DNA from: Octopus vulgaris
Lineage: Eukaryota
Assembly (NCBI GenBank): GCA_951406725.2
Contig: OX597818.1
Span: forward strand, 3,906,001 to 3,970,000
Length of the DNA stretch: 64,000 bases
Reading direction: 5' to 3'
Each line of letters starts with the position of its first letter. Position 1 is the stretch's first letter. The notes under the pieces are model-generated. The model saw only the letters and a program-made list of their open reading frames with translations, did no database searches and was not told the origin of the DNA. The translations under genes and the position numbers were made by a program. Of the stretch, positions 49,935-62,885 are shown one piece after another.

Positions 49935-50984
49935 CCCTTTCATTACCAAACCGCCCGAAAAAAAATTTGGTTAATGTGACCAAACCGACCAAAGCCGCCC
50001 GAATTTACCTATTCATATTTAAATGAGAATATCAAAGCAAATCTCTTTAGTACATTCGTGAAAATACGTATTATACTTTGTAAAGAGTTCAACTACAGTT
50101 TAGTACAAAAATCGAAGTGTAATTTTAACTCCGTGAATTTTGGGAGATTTTTTTCCGAAATTTGTTCCTATTGTGTTTTCAAAATTTGTAATTCTGACAA
50201 AAAATGGATACGAATTTCATTATATCAAGCAGCGAGTCAGAATTCGAAGGATTTTCTACTGAAGACCTTCATAAATCTAACTCTATGACTGAAAAAAAAA
50301 AGCATGTGGTATTTGATAATGAATCTGATATTTCATTTTCCGAAAGTGAAAACAGTGAATCCGAGAGCTCCGACAGCGATAAAGAAAATGAATTGGCACC
50401 TGAATGGAGTGAAAATTTAAAAACTGTTTCTTTCGGTGATTTTTCTGAAGAAACTGGACCAAGCCACAGACTTTCCCAGAAGAGTAAAGCTTTAGACTAT
50501 TTCCTTTTACTTTTTCGAATGAGCCTATTTGAAATCATTATGGCGGAAACGAACCGTTACGCTAAATGTAAACAAAACGAAAGAAAGGATAGTTTGTGGT
50601 TTCCCACAACCTTAAATGAAATTAAGACTATTTTGCCATAAATATTATTATGGGTATCAGAAAGTTACCCAGAATAACAAATTCTATCGTAAAATTTTGT
50701 TGTATACCCAATTGAATATTAGCTAATAACCCATTTTCTATAGCAATGTTTGAACAAAATTTTAATAATTTTATATTTTGTTGAATTTACCTGTATCTAC
50801 CTGCAATAAGAGTCACTTTGTGACAAAAATTATAGTATAGAATTGGTTGAGAACATTTCATTAAATTATCTTCCAAAAATCAGATTAATATATTGATAAA
50901 TAAAAAAGTTATAGCTGTTTAATGAAACCAGACTAAATTTATGATTACGTTAGAAATTAATTGAAACACATAGTAACGAAAGGG
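49935..50984 (+). mobile_element. Internally deleted piggyBac element with a transposase N-terminal ORF (50204-50641)
   Basis: TTAA on both sides; TIRs CCCTTTCATTAC / GTAACGAAAGGG; acidic N-terminus then DYFLLLF..LFEIIMAETNRYA..WFPTTLNEIK. Confidence 0.92.
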
Positions 50985-51079
50985 TTAAGTAGCCAAAAAA
51001 TTGGCAACACCTAAACTTGATTTTTACTCAAAATATCTCAGGTATTTCAAATTCAAACTATACTTCAATTATACCCACT

Positions 51080-52180
51080 TTTAGAGAGAAGATATATTAC
51101 TACGTATGAGTGAAGTGAACAAAGTCCAATTTCAGACTTGCAGAAGTGCTATAGGAGGGAGAATCACTACAACAGCTTGCCCAGGGACTTTCAGCTCTTC
51201 TTCTGAAAGAACAGTTGGGCAGTGCAGAGCTCAAAGTTCAAGTGAAGCACAGCTAGAGCTCTGGAACTTGAGTCATATGTAAAGTCTCGCACAGGAAGAT
51301 TCTAGGTGGACTACAGTTCCAGATTCAAAGCAAGGAAGGGGCAAGTACGTGAAGCAGGAAGATTTAATGAAAGTTGCTGGTACTGCAAGAAGGTCAGACA
51401 TAAAAGAGAAAGCTATTTGAAGAAAAAAGAACAAAAGATGGTTGAAATAAATTGTTGGCACTGTGAGAAGCCAGGACACAAGATACAAGATTGTTACAGC
51501 TTGAAGAAAGAACAAAAGCAGGACAGTAGTAAAAAGTTCACACTTAGAAGAGAGTGCTGGATATGTGGTGAAAAGGGACATCTCAGTTTTTACTGCCCCA
51601 CATGAAAGAAGGATAGTAAGAAGATAATGAAAGACAAAGGAGAGTCAGAAAACTAGAAGAGGCTGGTGTTAAGGGGCAACTGCCAGCCAAATATTCCAAA
51701 GAAGCCCCAACCCTGAGATGTAAAAGGACTGTAATTAACAACATAGAATTGATGGCCAGAAGTGCTGCCTTGTGATTGGTTCAGCCTTGGAGTAGACTTT
51801 TGTGAGACTTGAGATGTTACAGCATCGAGACCTACCAGAGTCATCACAGCAATTGTGTGGTGTTACCAGGCACTGTACTGAACTGCGAGGACCAGTTGAT
51901 GTACTGACTGAAGTTGCAGGACAAAAGGTCATGCTTCCAGTCTATGTGATGGAGATGGAGTATCCTTGTCTCTTAGATCTGGACTACTTGCCGACTATGG
52001 TGTGTCACTTGGACTTCTGCTCCATGAAGCTTTGGGTGAAACGAAGATTAGTCCCTGTCAAGATGGTAAAGCAGACTATTGCTGGTGGTGAATTGAAAGC
52101 GTTATGGACGACAGTGATCCCAATAAAATCAGAACTACTGCTCCAGTGTAGTGTGAAGCACCATATTGACACAGCGTAAA
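51080..52180 (+). mobile_element. Ty3/Gypsy-like gag/protease remnant with three CCHC knuckles
   Basis: CWYCKKVRHKRESY, CWHCEKPGHKIQDC, CWICGEKGHLSFYC; downstream PCLLDLDYL resembles a retropepsin C-terminus. Confidence 0.7.
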
Positions 52181-53264
52181 GAAATAAAACATTGTAAAAA
52201 AGCAGTCAATGCGAGATAAAAGAAATGTTGAGTGAGAATTGCACAATATTCATCAAAACTTTGTAGAGGAGACCTAATCTTTCCACAAAGTCAAAGAATA
52301 GCATACATAGCAGTTGATAAGAAAAAACTTGAAACAGAAAATAGATCTTTTAATGAAATAAAACTGAAAGAACAAGTCTTCTCACTGAACAGTGACAACA
52401 GTTGACTGTCAGAAAGTAAATTTTAACTTATCTGGGAAATTAATGAACTAAAAGTGAATATGTTACAAAAACAAAATAAAAAGAGACCCAAGAAATTAAT
52501 GAACTAAAGACAAATATCTTACAAAAAAAAAAACAGGATGCATTAAAGGACTGCTGTATAAAAGATGTAAATTTGAATTCTGCTCTCTGGTTTTGCAAGC
52601 GAAGATGGAAAAGATAATTAATTGTGATCAAATGACTGTTCAAAATGTAGGTGGTATGATTTACTGTGTGGCTGATCTATAAGTACTATTGAACATGTGG
52701 CAAGTTTAGTTATGCAGCTTTAAGTGGTCAAAAAATAGGTAAATAAACCCCAAGATTGACTTTAACTCAAAATATCACAGCTGTTTGAAAAGCAAACTAT
52801 ACTTTATTTGCATTCAAATGAAAGATTTCCACCACTTGTATCTTTTCTTACTAACCCCATAAAAATATATTAAAGAGAAAAAAAGTTATGCAGCTTTCAA
52901 TAATTACCATGTCTTGCAATTACAAAGATACTTAAATGACAACTTGGCAATACAAAGCAAATCCAGTCTATAATGTTTTGTTTTTTAGTCAATCTACTCT
53001 CCTAATTCATTTGATTTCTCATTGCTCATAGATATTGCTTTATATTTTTTTTATTATTGCTCTCTTTTTAAAAAAATTTATTCTAAATAGGCAGATATCA
53101 ATACTCAATGTAAAGAAAGCGCTATTCAATTTAGTATTTCTAACAAAAAAGAATAGGCATCAATTATTGATCAATAGGAAATTAAATAATATGAAAAAGT
53201 AAGCTAAATTTATTATTAGAATAAACATTATTAATTTTTCTGCATTGTCTGTAAAGAAAGTGAA

Positions 53265-54104
53265 CTAGAATGAAAAATGCGAGCAAGAGATAACAATATT
53301 CTTAGGTATTTAACAAACCCGGAAAATACAAGACAAGAAGTAAGCCTGAAATAAAAGAAAAGTGCTTAAAATATTGCAGCTAAAATAAAATTTGAATGGG
53401 TTGCCAATTAAATAAAATATTCAAATAAGCCAAGCCATTCAATACTGATCAACCATTTTTCACCCAAATTATTTCACTATTGCTGAGCTTGACTATAAAT
53501 AAATTTTAAATTTCAATATATGAAAATAAAGTGATAACTGCCATAATATTTTGTAACATTAATAGTTAAAATTACTTTATTTACTGAAAATTTTGACAAA
53601 ATTGTGCTCCAGTATGGCAACAGTCAAATGGCTGAAACAAATAAAAGAATAAAGTAGGTAAATAAATTAAATGTTTGGCTATAGTACAATTTAAGCCTAT
53701 TTAAGTAATCAGATGTTTTCATTACTTTATTTTTGGCAAAAACTATTTTACTTTTAAAATTTTAATTTTTAGTTAGTTAACTGTTTGTCAGTTTATTTTA
53801 CTGCTAGGTAATCCGTTTCCCTCAAATAAATGCAGATGTCAATCATAATGAAAGAAAATAAAGATTATCTTTATAACATTGTATTAATAATAAATAAACA
53901 AAAATGAATCTCCATTTCAAAAATCTTAAAACAATTTTTATTTGATACATGGGAATTTATGATAAAGCATTAGATTATTTTTTATCAAATTTTATATTTA
54001 GCTGCAATATTTTAAGCTCTTTTCTTTTATTTTAGGTTTACTTATTGTCTTGTATTTTTCCAGGTTTGAATATTGTTACCCTTTGCTCACATTTTTTATT
54101 CTAG
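53265..54104. mobile_element. Fold-back/MITE-like element with ~130-bp imperfect inverted termini
   Basis: ctagaatgaaaaatgcgagcaa...cttaaaatattgcagctaaaataaaatttga is inverted as tcaaattttatatttagctgcaatattttaag...ttgctcacattttttattctag. Confidence 0.75.
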
Positions 54105-54166
54105 TATATTATGTATAATATATATATTATGTTTAATATAAATAATATATTATATATAGAGATATA

Positions 54167-54640
54167 TCTCTTATTATAAAAGGCAGATTTTATCTGCCTC
54201 CCTTTGGGAGTTATAGAAATCTACAATATAGGATTTCTTCAATTACAATTTACCTAGCATTTTTAAGAGTACAATGCATCGCGTCATGCCAGGTCCAGTT
54301 TTTAAAATTTAAACTCCAATTAAGCAAAATTTACAGAAAACTCACATTCTGGTGTGTGTGTCAAATGCTTTTCTTAGTCTGGTTTACACCACACGCAAAC
54401 GCACACACACAGTGGGCAACGAATAAAATGAAAGTAAATAGCGACAGAGTGATTTGAGGAAGACTAAACTGAAAGTATTCTGTCTATGACGCTGATAGAT
54501 ACATGAGTAAAATGTATGGGAAGCTAAGAGCTAAGAGTGAGTGAAAATGTTCTTGGAAGAGAGTAAATAGCGAGAGAGAGAGAGTGATTTGAGGAAGACT
54601 TTCATTAAATAACCGTAGTGGCTTGTGTTAGTAATAAAGT
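54167..54640 (+). mobile_element. Probable Helitron 5' fragment
   Basis: Starts A|TCTCTTATTATAAAA inside a TA-rich tract; no 3' CTAG end found. Confidence 0.4.
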
Positions 54641-54670
54641 AAACATACACTCATACATACATACATACAT

Positions 54671-54701
<31 letters not shown>

Positions 54702-54994
54702 TACACACACACATACATACACACACACATACATACATACACACATACATACATATACATACATACATACATATACATACATACATACACACACACACAT
54801 ACACACACACACAGTATTGAAGCTTGAGAACAATCAGATACATTTGCAACACATCTGTTGAAAATATTATTGTTCACACACATACATATACATATATACA
54901 TACAGACAGACAGACAGATAGACACATACACACACACACACATGATCCAGCATGGCCACAACCTCAAGGCTGAAACATATAAAAGAATAACAGA

Positions 54995-55360
54995 ATATAA
55001 ATGTGTGCAAAGTACAAGAAATATTAATGCAGTATATGGGGATTGGACAATAAGCGTAAGGCAGTGTCAATGGTGGTTCCAGAAATCCCGAGCCATAAAC
55101 TACAGCCTAGAAGACGAGCCTCATCCTGAAAGATCTGTAGAACTCGACAAGGACATCCTGAAAACCCTGGTGGAACAAAATCTCATCGTAACTGTTGAGG
55201 AACTAGCAGAGAAGCTTGGATTTGGTCATTCAACCATTCATTGACACCTGTGTGCTATCGGAAAAGTCAGCAAATTGGGTCAATGGGTTCCTCACGAACT
55301 TTCCGAGTCTAATTGCATGCAGAGAGTGAATGTATGCTTTTCTTTGCTGTCACATCTCAC
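54995..55360 (+). mobile_element. mariner (Mos1-like) transposase N-terminal fragment
   Basis: RNINAVYG..SVRQCQWWFQK..SLEDEPHP..TVEELAEKLG..STIH*HL..GKVSKLGQWVPHELS. Confidence 0.88.
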
Positions 55361-55379
55361 CACTACTGCGCTATGTATA

Positions 55380-56015
55380 TCTATATATATAAAACTGTAG
55401 TTGTGTGAGTGTCTGTCCCCTTCGATTTAGATTCCTAACTACTCCCACATTTTGCGGTGCAGTTTAACCAAATTCGGGTAGCTTATAGTCGTGATTCATA
55501 TCGAGCCCGTCTGAATATTAGCGCGCGTCTACGATGAGTCTACGATTTTAAAAATAATTTAACATCATTTTTTATTCCATTTTAATGCATAATTTTTCGT
55601 GTGTCGATGGCGGCGGAGTTGGCGTCCACGCTCACACCTGCACCTGTGGGGAAAGGAGTGTAAGGAAATCAACGTCGTAATGCGTTGTCAAGGAGACCAG
55701 TGTTCTTTTAGAACAACGACTTCATGGCTTGAAGACACCAAAACAGAAATGGCTAAGAAAGCGTCTACATGAGTCTACGATTTAAAAAAAAATTTACCAT
55801 CGTTTTTTTCCATTTTAATGCATTTTTTCGCTATTATATAAGGGAAGTAACTCTCTAAAAATGTCTACGATGAGTCAACGATTTTAAAAAAAATTTACCA
55901 TCATATTTTTTCCATTTTTAATGCATTTTTTGCTATTTTTTTGCTATAACTCTCTAAAAATGCTTATATAGTTATTTCCCTTACAAACCCGAGCAACGCC
56001 GGGCGATACTGCTAG
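55380..56015 (+). mobile_element. Complete non-autonomous Helitron (~635 bp) with three internal ~60-bp repeats
   Basis: A|TCTATATATATAAAA start; cccgagcaacgccggg hairpin then CTAG|T; gtctacgatgagtc.acgatttt..catttttaatgca at ~55527, ~55763 and ~55863. Confidence 0.88.
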
Positions 56016-56068
56016 TATCATATATAATAGAAATAATATATTATAAACATTCATACATATATACATTA

Positions 56069-56930
56069 CAGGGTGCAGACAGTATTCATTCACATGACTG
56101 TCTCAGGGAAAGGTGTACAGTGTTGTTTTTTGAGATATATTCATCAATTTTAGGTCAGTTTAGTTTTATGATATTCTGTTGATTTCATTTGATCAACCCA
56201 GCTTTGGCATCGAGGACACTCTCCAGGTGACAGCGGAACCAGCCATAGGCCTTTATCAATTTTTCACATTTTAAATCCCTGAAGGCCTTGGTTATCCTAG
56301 CCCTTAGCTCATCCTTAGTGTTGCAAATAGATATGTTGGTCTCTCATTCCATCGCACCCCACACAAAGGAGTCAAGGAGATTGCAGTCAGGCGAGTTGGG
56401 ATACCAAGTGTCAGGTGCTGTGTGATTGAAGAAATTCTCTGACAGCCAGGCCTGGGTCTTCCAGATGATGTGGAAAGGCACTGAGTCTTCCTGTCACATG
56501 TATAGCTACCCAGCAGCTATATGGTTGATCCAGAGCTTCACCACCTCACTCAGAATATGGATGCAGCCATTGGTGTTCAGCCTGAGGCTCTTGGGGAAGA
56601 AGTAGGATAAGTGGTGACAATACTGAAGACCTTGATTATCACTGGAAATTTCATCTGCATGACTCTGGGCACATCTCTGAGTGAGACAGCAAATCACCCA
56701 TTGTTCTGGGAGTTTTCTTGTCTTGCCAGAAATTCTTCTTGTCAGAGAAGAACCACAGCATGTCTGGTTCCAGTAAATATTTTGACTTGATCAGTTTCTT
56801 GGTGTGCTTAAGCCGCTTTTCCTGCATCACCATGAACAGAAATTGTCCCTTCCTCATCTTGTATGAAAAGTAGGAAGTGTCCACATGCACTACTAGCCTG
56901 ATGAACTTTTCATCCACACCTTTCTCCTGT
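56069..56930 (-). mobile_element. maT/DD37D-like Tc1-mariner transposon, 3' half
   Basis: WFFSDKKNF, QEDSVPFH..TQAWLSENF..WYPNSPDCNLLDSFVWG; terminus TA|CAGGGTG. Confidence 0.78.
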
Positions 56931-57029
56931 ATGTATGTATGTATGATGATGATGAACATTTGTGTGCATGCATACAAACACACGCATGGAGGCAAGACAA
57001 AAATTATATGCACTTTTGCATGACTTAAG

Positions 57030-57870
57030 CTTAATAAAACAAAAGCAGAGGTTGAACAATTACATCATTTTTCGAGAGTTTCCTTAGTTTTTGATGCACT
57101 TCTTCCAGTGGTCCTCAAGCCTAGTTATTCCATCAGAAAAGGTTCTCAACTGGCTGAGAAGCCATCTATACACCACTTCATATGTTTCCACATTTGTAGC
57201 AAATCATCAACCTCAGAAAGGATGTCTGAGCAGTCCAAAGGTGATAGTTAGAAAGAACATCCCTATCCAATATGAACTACTATGTTCCCCTACTGACCAA
57301 AAACATCTTCCACCTCCTTTGCCTTCTCTCCCCTCTTCTCCTAACAAATTCTGACTACAACCTTCTCTTTCTCTCCTCCAACTGACATTCTTCCCCTTCA
57401 TTTTTCTTTGACTCTGTTTAAATGTATTTACAGGGTGCCACAATATATTTATTTATTTATCTATTCTACAGTAGACATAGTAAATGACCCCAGCCTAAAT
57501 TTACACAAACATTCCCTTAGCCAGACTCAATAATACCAAAGTTTTCCGCTACTCTCCCCTTCTTTTCTTTATTCATATTCTTATTCTTTTTCTTACCAAA
57601 TTTAGACATTTACCCACTCCCATACATCATTTCTTCACACATACTTTCCCTTTTGCTTTCTCCTTCTATGCGCCCCATGCATTTTCAATCAAATCTTCTG
57701 CGAGTTAATATGGAACCCCTTGACCACAATGTAATTTTCGTTTGACTAAGGTATCTTTGGCTTGATGAGTAGCTAATGGAGTATCCCTCGTTTGGGTAAT
57801 TACTACTTCTGAGGTTCTGCTAGGAAACATATGTAGCCTGGATTTTATCTACTCCATTCCCTAAATTTAG
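57030..57870 (+). mobile_element. Penelope-like 3' fragment with terminal repeat
   Basis: 57440-57850 is homologous to 30755-31180, including the hammerhead motif. Confidence 0.65.
57759..57838 (+). ncRNA. Hammerhead ribozyme motif, degenerate (C3 to U)
   Basis: ggc-TTGATGA-gtagc...gctag-GAAAC-atat-GTA-gcc. Confidence 0.55.
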
Positions 57871-58106
57871 ATTTTTATTCATATACACAGCAACCCCAAT
57901 TGCTAACTGGGAATTATAAAATAACTTTTTTCAGTTTATCAAACTTCGATACGGGAAAAATTTACAACCTTCTATGTCAATAAACTATTATTGTTCCTGA
58001 AAGTTGTTTTTTATACCTTCTACAGACTGCTTGAAGCTTACTAACTCCCTACACCTTGATCCATGGATTTTACCTTTACATATGTACATATATATATGTA
58101 ATTTAA

Positions 58107-58456
58107 TTGTCACTAATAGTGACTGAGGGTGCAGGGTAGCACCTACAATGCTAGAAACAAGAGTCAAAGACCATTATAGCCACAAAAAGTGCAAGTCTAT
58201 AACTGACAGGGGAGATAACCACTCCACAGCAAGCAAGGGTACTATATAGGCAAGCCAATTTCCCCATATGAATCAATAGCCGATTCAGAGGTACTACTGA
58301 TGAGCTTTAATTTCAAGTGAAACTGGCTTGCCAATATAGTATCCTCACTTGCTGTACAGCAGTTATCCCCCCTGCCAGTACATAGACTTGTGCTTTTTGT
58401 GGCTATAAGGGTCTTTGACTCTTGTTTCTAGCACCCTCAGTCACTATTAGTGACAA
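58107..58456. repeat. Inverted repeat with ~140-bp arms containing a hammerhead; direct partial copy at ~58530-58727
   Basis: ttgtcactaatagtgactgagggtgc..gctagaaacaagagtcaaagacc..tatagccacaaaaag is inverted at 58392-58456. Confidence 0.88.
58288..58346 (+). ncRNA. Type I hammerhead ribozyme motif
   Basis: gaggtacta-CTGATGA-gctt(taatttc)aagt-GAAA-ctggcttgcca-ATA-tagtatcctc; all three stems can form, with one C-A mismatch in stem III. Confidence 0.7.
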
Positions 58457-58953
58457 CTGAATTTTTCCTTTTTAGTTTCATATATCATCTAGCCACCTTC
58501 ATCATTTTATAATTTTCAGATTACTATTTTACTGAATCAGCTATTGATTCCTATGGTAAATACTATCTACTGACAGGTAGGATGTAGCATAACAATTAGC
58601 AATGGAGTAGTACTACTAATGAGCTTTAATTCCAAGCAAAACTAGTTTGCCATCCCTCACTCACTGTGGGATGATTATCTCCCCTGTCAGTACATAGACT
58701 TATGCTTTTTGTGGCTATAAGGGTACTGAGAGAAAGAATAGAGATACATTCTGATGAGAGAAAAAATAGATAAGTAAGAATTTTGTATTAGATATATATT
58801 GTTCAGTATATTGAGAACATTCCAGAAAGAGAATGAATACTAGCAGTTCCGAAGTTGTGTGAATACTGAGAGGAGGAATAAATAATACATTCTGGTGAAA
58901 GAAAAGATAGATAGGTAAGAGCATTGTATTAGATATATATACTATTCAGTATA

Positions 58954-60151
58954 TCTATAAGATGCACCAAGTGTAAGCTATGGACACGTAAGAGGTGCAG
59001 CAATGTCAAAGGAAGGCTAACTAGGAAAATAGTCTTTGTTTGTGGCAGATGCTCTGGAGCAATAAACACTGAAAATGTGCAGAGACCAAGTTCTACCACA
59101 TTCCAGGGAGAAAAACTAGAAGTAGTTGATAGCTTCCGTTACCTAGGTGACCAAGTGGGTGTGCTGAAAGTGTAACTGCTAGAGTAAGAATAGCTTGGGC
59201 AAAGTTCAGAGAGCTCTTACCCCTGCTGGTGACAAAAGGCCTCTCGCTCAGAGTAAAAGGCAGACTGTATGATGCATGTGTATGAACAGCCATGCTACAT
59301 GGTGGTGAAACATGGGCCGTGACTGCTGAGGATATGCGTAAGCTCGCAAGAAATGAAGCCAGTATGCTCCAATGGATGTGTAATGTCAGTGTTCATACTC
59401 GACAGAGTGTAAGTACCTTGAGAGAAAAGTTGGACCTAGGAAGCATCAGTTGTGGTGTGCAAGAGAGACGTTTGCGCTGGTATGGTCATGTGACGAGAAT
59501 GGATGAAGATACTTGTGTGAAAAAGTGCCACACCCTAGCGGTTGAGGGAACCTGTGGAAGAGGTAGACCCAGGAAAACCTGGGACGAGGTGGTGAAGCAC
59601 AACCTTTGAACTTTAGGTCTCACCAAGGAAATGACTAGAGACCGAGACCTATGGAAGTATGCTGTGCGTGAGAAGACCCAGCAGGACAAGTGAGACTATA
59701 ACCCATGGCCTCTACCTGGGATGTAGCCAGTCGACTTATGCATACCTTTCCTTCTTGGGACACAAAACTCCACTTGTGAAGACCTGTTGAGGCAAATGGA
59801 AATCAGAACCAAAATCGAAGTCGATCAACATCAATGGAAATTGCAGCTGTGATACCAGTGCCGGTGGCACATAAAAACACCATCCGATCGTGGCCGTTGC
59901 CAGCCTCGCCTGGCCCCCGTGCCCGTGGCACGTAAAAAGCACTATCCGACCGTGGCCGTTTGCCAGCCCCGTCTGGCACGTAAAAAGCACCCACTACACT
60001 CATGGAGTGGTTGGCGTTAGGAAGGGCATCCAGCTGTAGAAACATTGCCAGACCAGACTGGGCCTGGTGCAGCCTTCTGGCTTCCCAGACCCCAGTTGAA
60101 CCGTCCAACCCATGCTAGCATGGAAAGCGGACGCTAAATGATGATGATGAT
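58954..60151 (+). mobile_element. 5'-truncated RTE-clade LINE, same subfamily as 16222-17909
   Basis: Starts within the PHD (CTKCKLWT); MLHGGETW, RRLRWYGHV; 3' UTR repeats and (GAT)n tail. Confidence 0.94.
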
Positions 60152-60741
60152 ATCCTAGAGTATTCATTCCTGAGAGAAGTGGAAAGAATAAATTCTGGTA
60201 TGAGAAAGATAGATAGATAAATAGATCAGGGCATTGTAGTGGATATATACTAAGCAGTATAATGGGAGGTATTTTTATCTTGGGAAATTAGAGGGAGTGC
60301 AAAGGGCTAGTAAACTGGTATTCCCAGCAAAATAAGTTGGAGATGGAGTGGCGGAGGCAAATGTAAAGACCACAGATAAGGGAGAAAATAAACAAGGCAG
60401 ATGCCAGACCCACAGGGCTGGGCATCAATGAGAGGTGAGTGGGTTTGTAGGTAATAAAGTGAACATAAGGAAGATAAAGAAAAGACAAGTGTATAGTGTG
60501 TAGTCAAATCTTACTAGGGTGGAGATGTAGCGTTGTCTACCCACTAAGATAAGCTAAATGTCAACTAGTAAAGAAAAGATTTAAGATTTGTGGTATAAAA
60601 CAGTTAAGATATGTTATAAAACTAAAATAAAGACAGATAACTAAAGAAAATAAATAAAGATAATTAAAAAATAAATTAAAGTTAAAATAAAGTTAACACT
60701 TAAAATCAACTTTAGGTTAAAATCATAAAATTAAAAATTAA

Positions 60742-60830
60742 CACTAATGAAGATACATTATTAATGAGGCCTGCACTAATGAAGATATATTATTAATGAG
60801 GCCTGCACTAATGAAGATACATTATTAATG
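60742..60830. repeat. 32-bp minisatellite, about 2.8 copies
   Basis: cactaatgaagata(c/t)attattaatgaggcctg. Confidence 0.85.
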
Positions 60831-60899
60831 GAACTAAGGAGTTTATGTATATGTGGAGAGAATGTTTAGTGCTGCTCATTTAATAATGGTAAAAACAGT

Positions 60900-61430
60900 C
60901 ATGTATGTGGAAGTATTGAATAGGTAAAATGTCTAAGTTAGATGCTAGTGATAATCAGAAGTGTTAGTTTTTCTTAATTTAGATCTATGGAAAAATTTGA
61001 AGGACTTAAAAAATCTGTGTGTACAGGTGGAGAATGCTTCATGCTGCTTATTAAGTAACAGTGTAGGGTTATGTAACAGTAAGTGTAAGGATTCTTTTAA
61101 AAATGGCCAACAAGTAGTACACTGGCCCTGGCATAGGAGACCAGAATCACTTATAGATCAGAATATACCGTAAGGAATTTTCTTTTTCTTAAAGTAATAC
61201 ATGTGGTCAGCTAGAGAGGTAGACTTGCTATGCTCTTCATACTTAAATGAATTTAAATGGGTCAAATATCGATGCTTGAAAGTGTGGATCCTATATAGCA
61301 CCTAGTAGAGCTGTTAAATGTGTTATGAACTATGCATTTGTAGACAAGGTTAAACCTTCTGCAATTTCCTAGATTTGCAGTTGCAACTAGACCTATCTAG
61401 TACAAAGGAGCCTCCCATATATGGAACGGA
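60900..61430 (-). mobile_element. Penelope-like GIY-YIG endonuclease remnant
   Basis: Minus strand reads CNCKS...TFKHRYLTHLNSFKYEEHSKSTSLADHMYYFK...KESLHLL..LLNKQHEAFSTCTH. Confidence 0.65.
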
Positions 61431-62639
61431 TGCTGTACTATTAGATGGCACACTAGGGTTGAGGGTAGTGTCCTCCAGTCAACTCCCAGTGTTTTCACTA
61501 TTATGGATATCATTTATACCTATAATATACTGATTAATAAATGAGATCATAGATATACTAGATTTCTGGAAAATATTAAGAGCAGTAGTATCCTGTTGGT
61601 TTGCCTTATCAGGTCTATTGTTAGGCTGTCTTGTATGGTAATCTACAGTTACTCTGATACTTTGGTGGATGGAGTTAGCTTTGTGTTGGATGCTCTCCAT
61701 TGTGCTCCTTTTGGTTTCTTTGGTAGTCATATAGATGATATTGATATCATCTATATACAGTAAAGTAACACACACACATTTCCTCATCACCTTTTAATGT
61801 CCATCGCCCATGCTGGTTTAAGCTGGATGGAGTGACAGATTTGGATGTGTTGGAAGAATGCATCATGCTCCAATGTATTCGTTTGTATGGTTTCTACAGC
61901 CTTTCTGAATTACAACTAGTGAGTATCAATTCCTCTTGCAAGGTGCTAGCTAATCCAAGGTAATTCTAGAGACACTTGCCCAAGTTGCTGTGCAGAACTG
62001 AGTTTAAGGTTAAAGACTACATGGTTTCAAATCAAACTTCTTAACCATACAGCCATGCCTGATTATATATATCTATTACTGTGCAGTATCAGTAGAAAAC
62101 AAGAACATAATTTTAATGGCATCTAGTCATGTCTCTTTACATTCTGATCTTAATTTTTTTTATATTTTAACTTTTTTTAAGCAATAAACTAACAACCAGT
62201 GAAACACTGTACCTGATTTAATCATCTGTGCCCTACAAAAATGCAAGAAATTATACACATAACACTATTATGTAAAACACAAAATAAATGTTACAATTTC
62301 ATATATGAGATACAGTCAACCAGATTATTAAAGGCTCATCAAAGAAACCAATAAAATCCAGAAATAATGAACAAAGGGGGATTATTTTTCATTTCTTTTA
62401 ACATCTGTAAGCTCACCCACATTCAAGTGGGATAATAAGTAAACAGAACACAACTTTTTTATATCTTTTAGTCAGGAGGGAAGACAGTGTCCACAAGGCT
62501 TCCAAGACTGATGGAAGAAAGAGAGGAAAGCATCTTCAAACTGGAAGCCTGCCCAAATGCTTATAACAGAGTGGACTCTGCTAAGGGCTCCCGTGGTACC
62601 AGGTGGTGCTTTTAAACTGGGCAATGGTTAAGTCTACCA

Positions 62640-62885
62640 CCCAAGTAAGTCATAGTGGGATTTGAACTAAGAATGTAAAGAGCTGGAATAAATACAACAA
62701 GGCATCCGATTCGTTGGTTTTACAGTTCCACAAATCCATCACCTTGGAATAGTACTTTATTTTTATCAACCCTGAAAGCATGAAAGGCAAAGTTGACCTC
62801 AACGGGATTTAAACTCAGAGCACAGAATCAGAACAAATACTGCAAAGCATTCTGTCCAATGTGCTAACAAGTCTACCAAAGTACT
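62640..62885 (-). mobile_element. Two degenerate tRNA-derived SINE heads
   Basis: gggattt(g/a)aact.agag...aaatac..caa.gcat occurs twice; minus strand gives B-box-like g(a/g)gtt(c/t)aaatccc. Confidence 0.5.

Larger units (their letters stand above)
49065..52900. repeat. Satellite-like array of ~180-bp monomers with a ~535-bp higher-order period, interrupted by piggyBac and gypsy inserts (pieces 49065-49934, 50989-51075, 52705-52900)
   Basis: gaaaaaa(a)gttat recurs about every 180 bp; 49081-49500 aligns with 49616-49934 plus 50989-51070. Confidence 0.75.

Noticed and set aside
50204-50641. Domesticated PGBD gene
   Set aside because: Lies between TIRs and TTAA sites, is frameshifted and lacks the catalytic core
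62472-62630. Possible host exon (purine-rich, AG and GT nearby)
   Set aside because: Stops in all three frames before the candidate donor and no recognisable protein; small exons elsewhere cannot be excluded without RNA data
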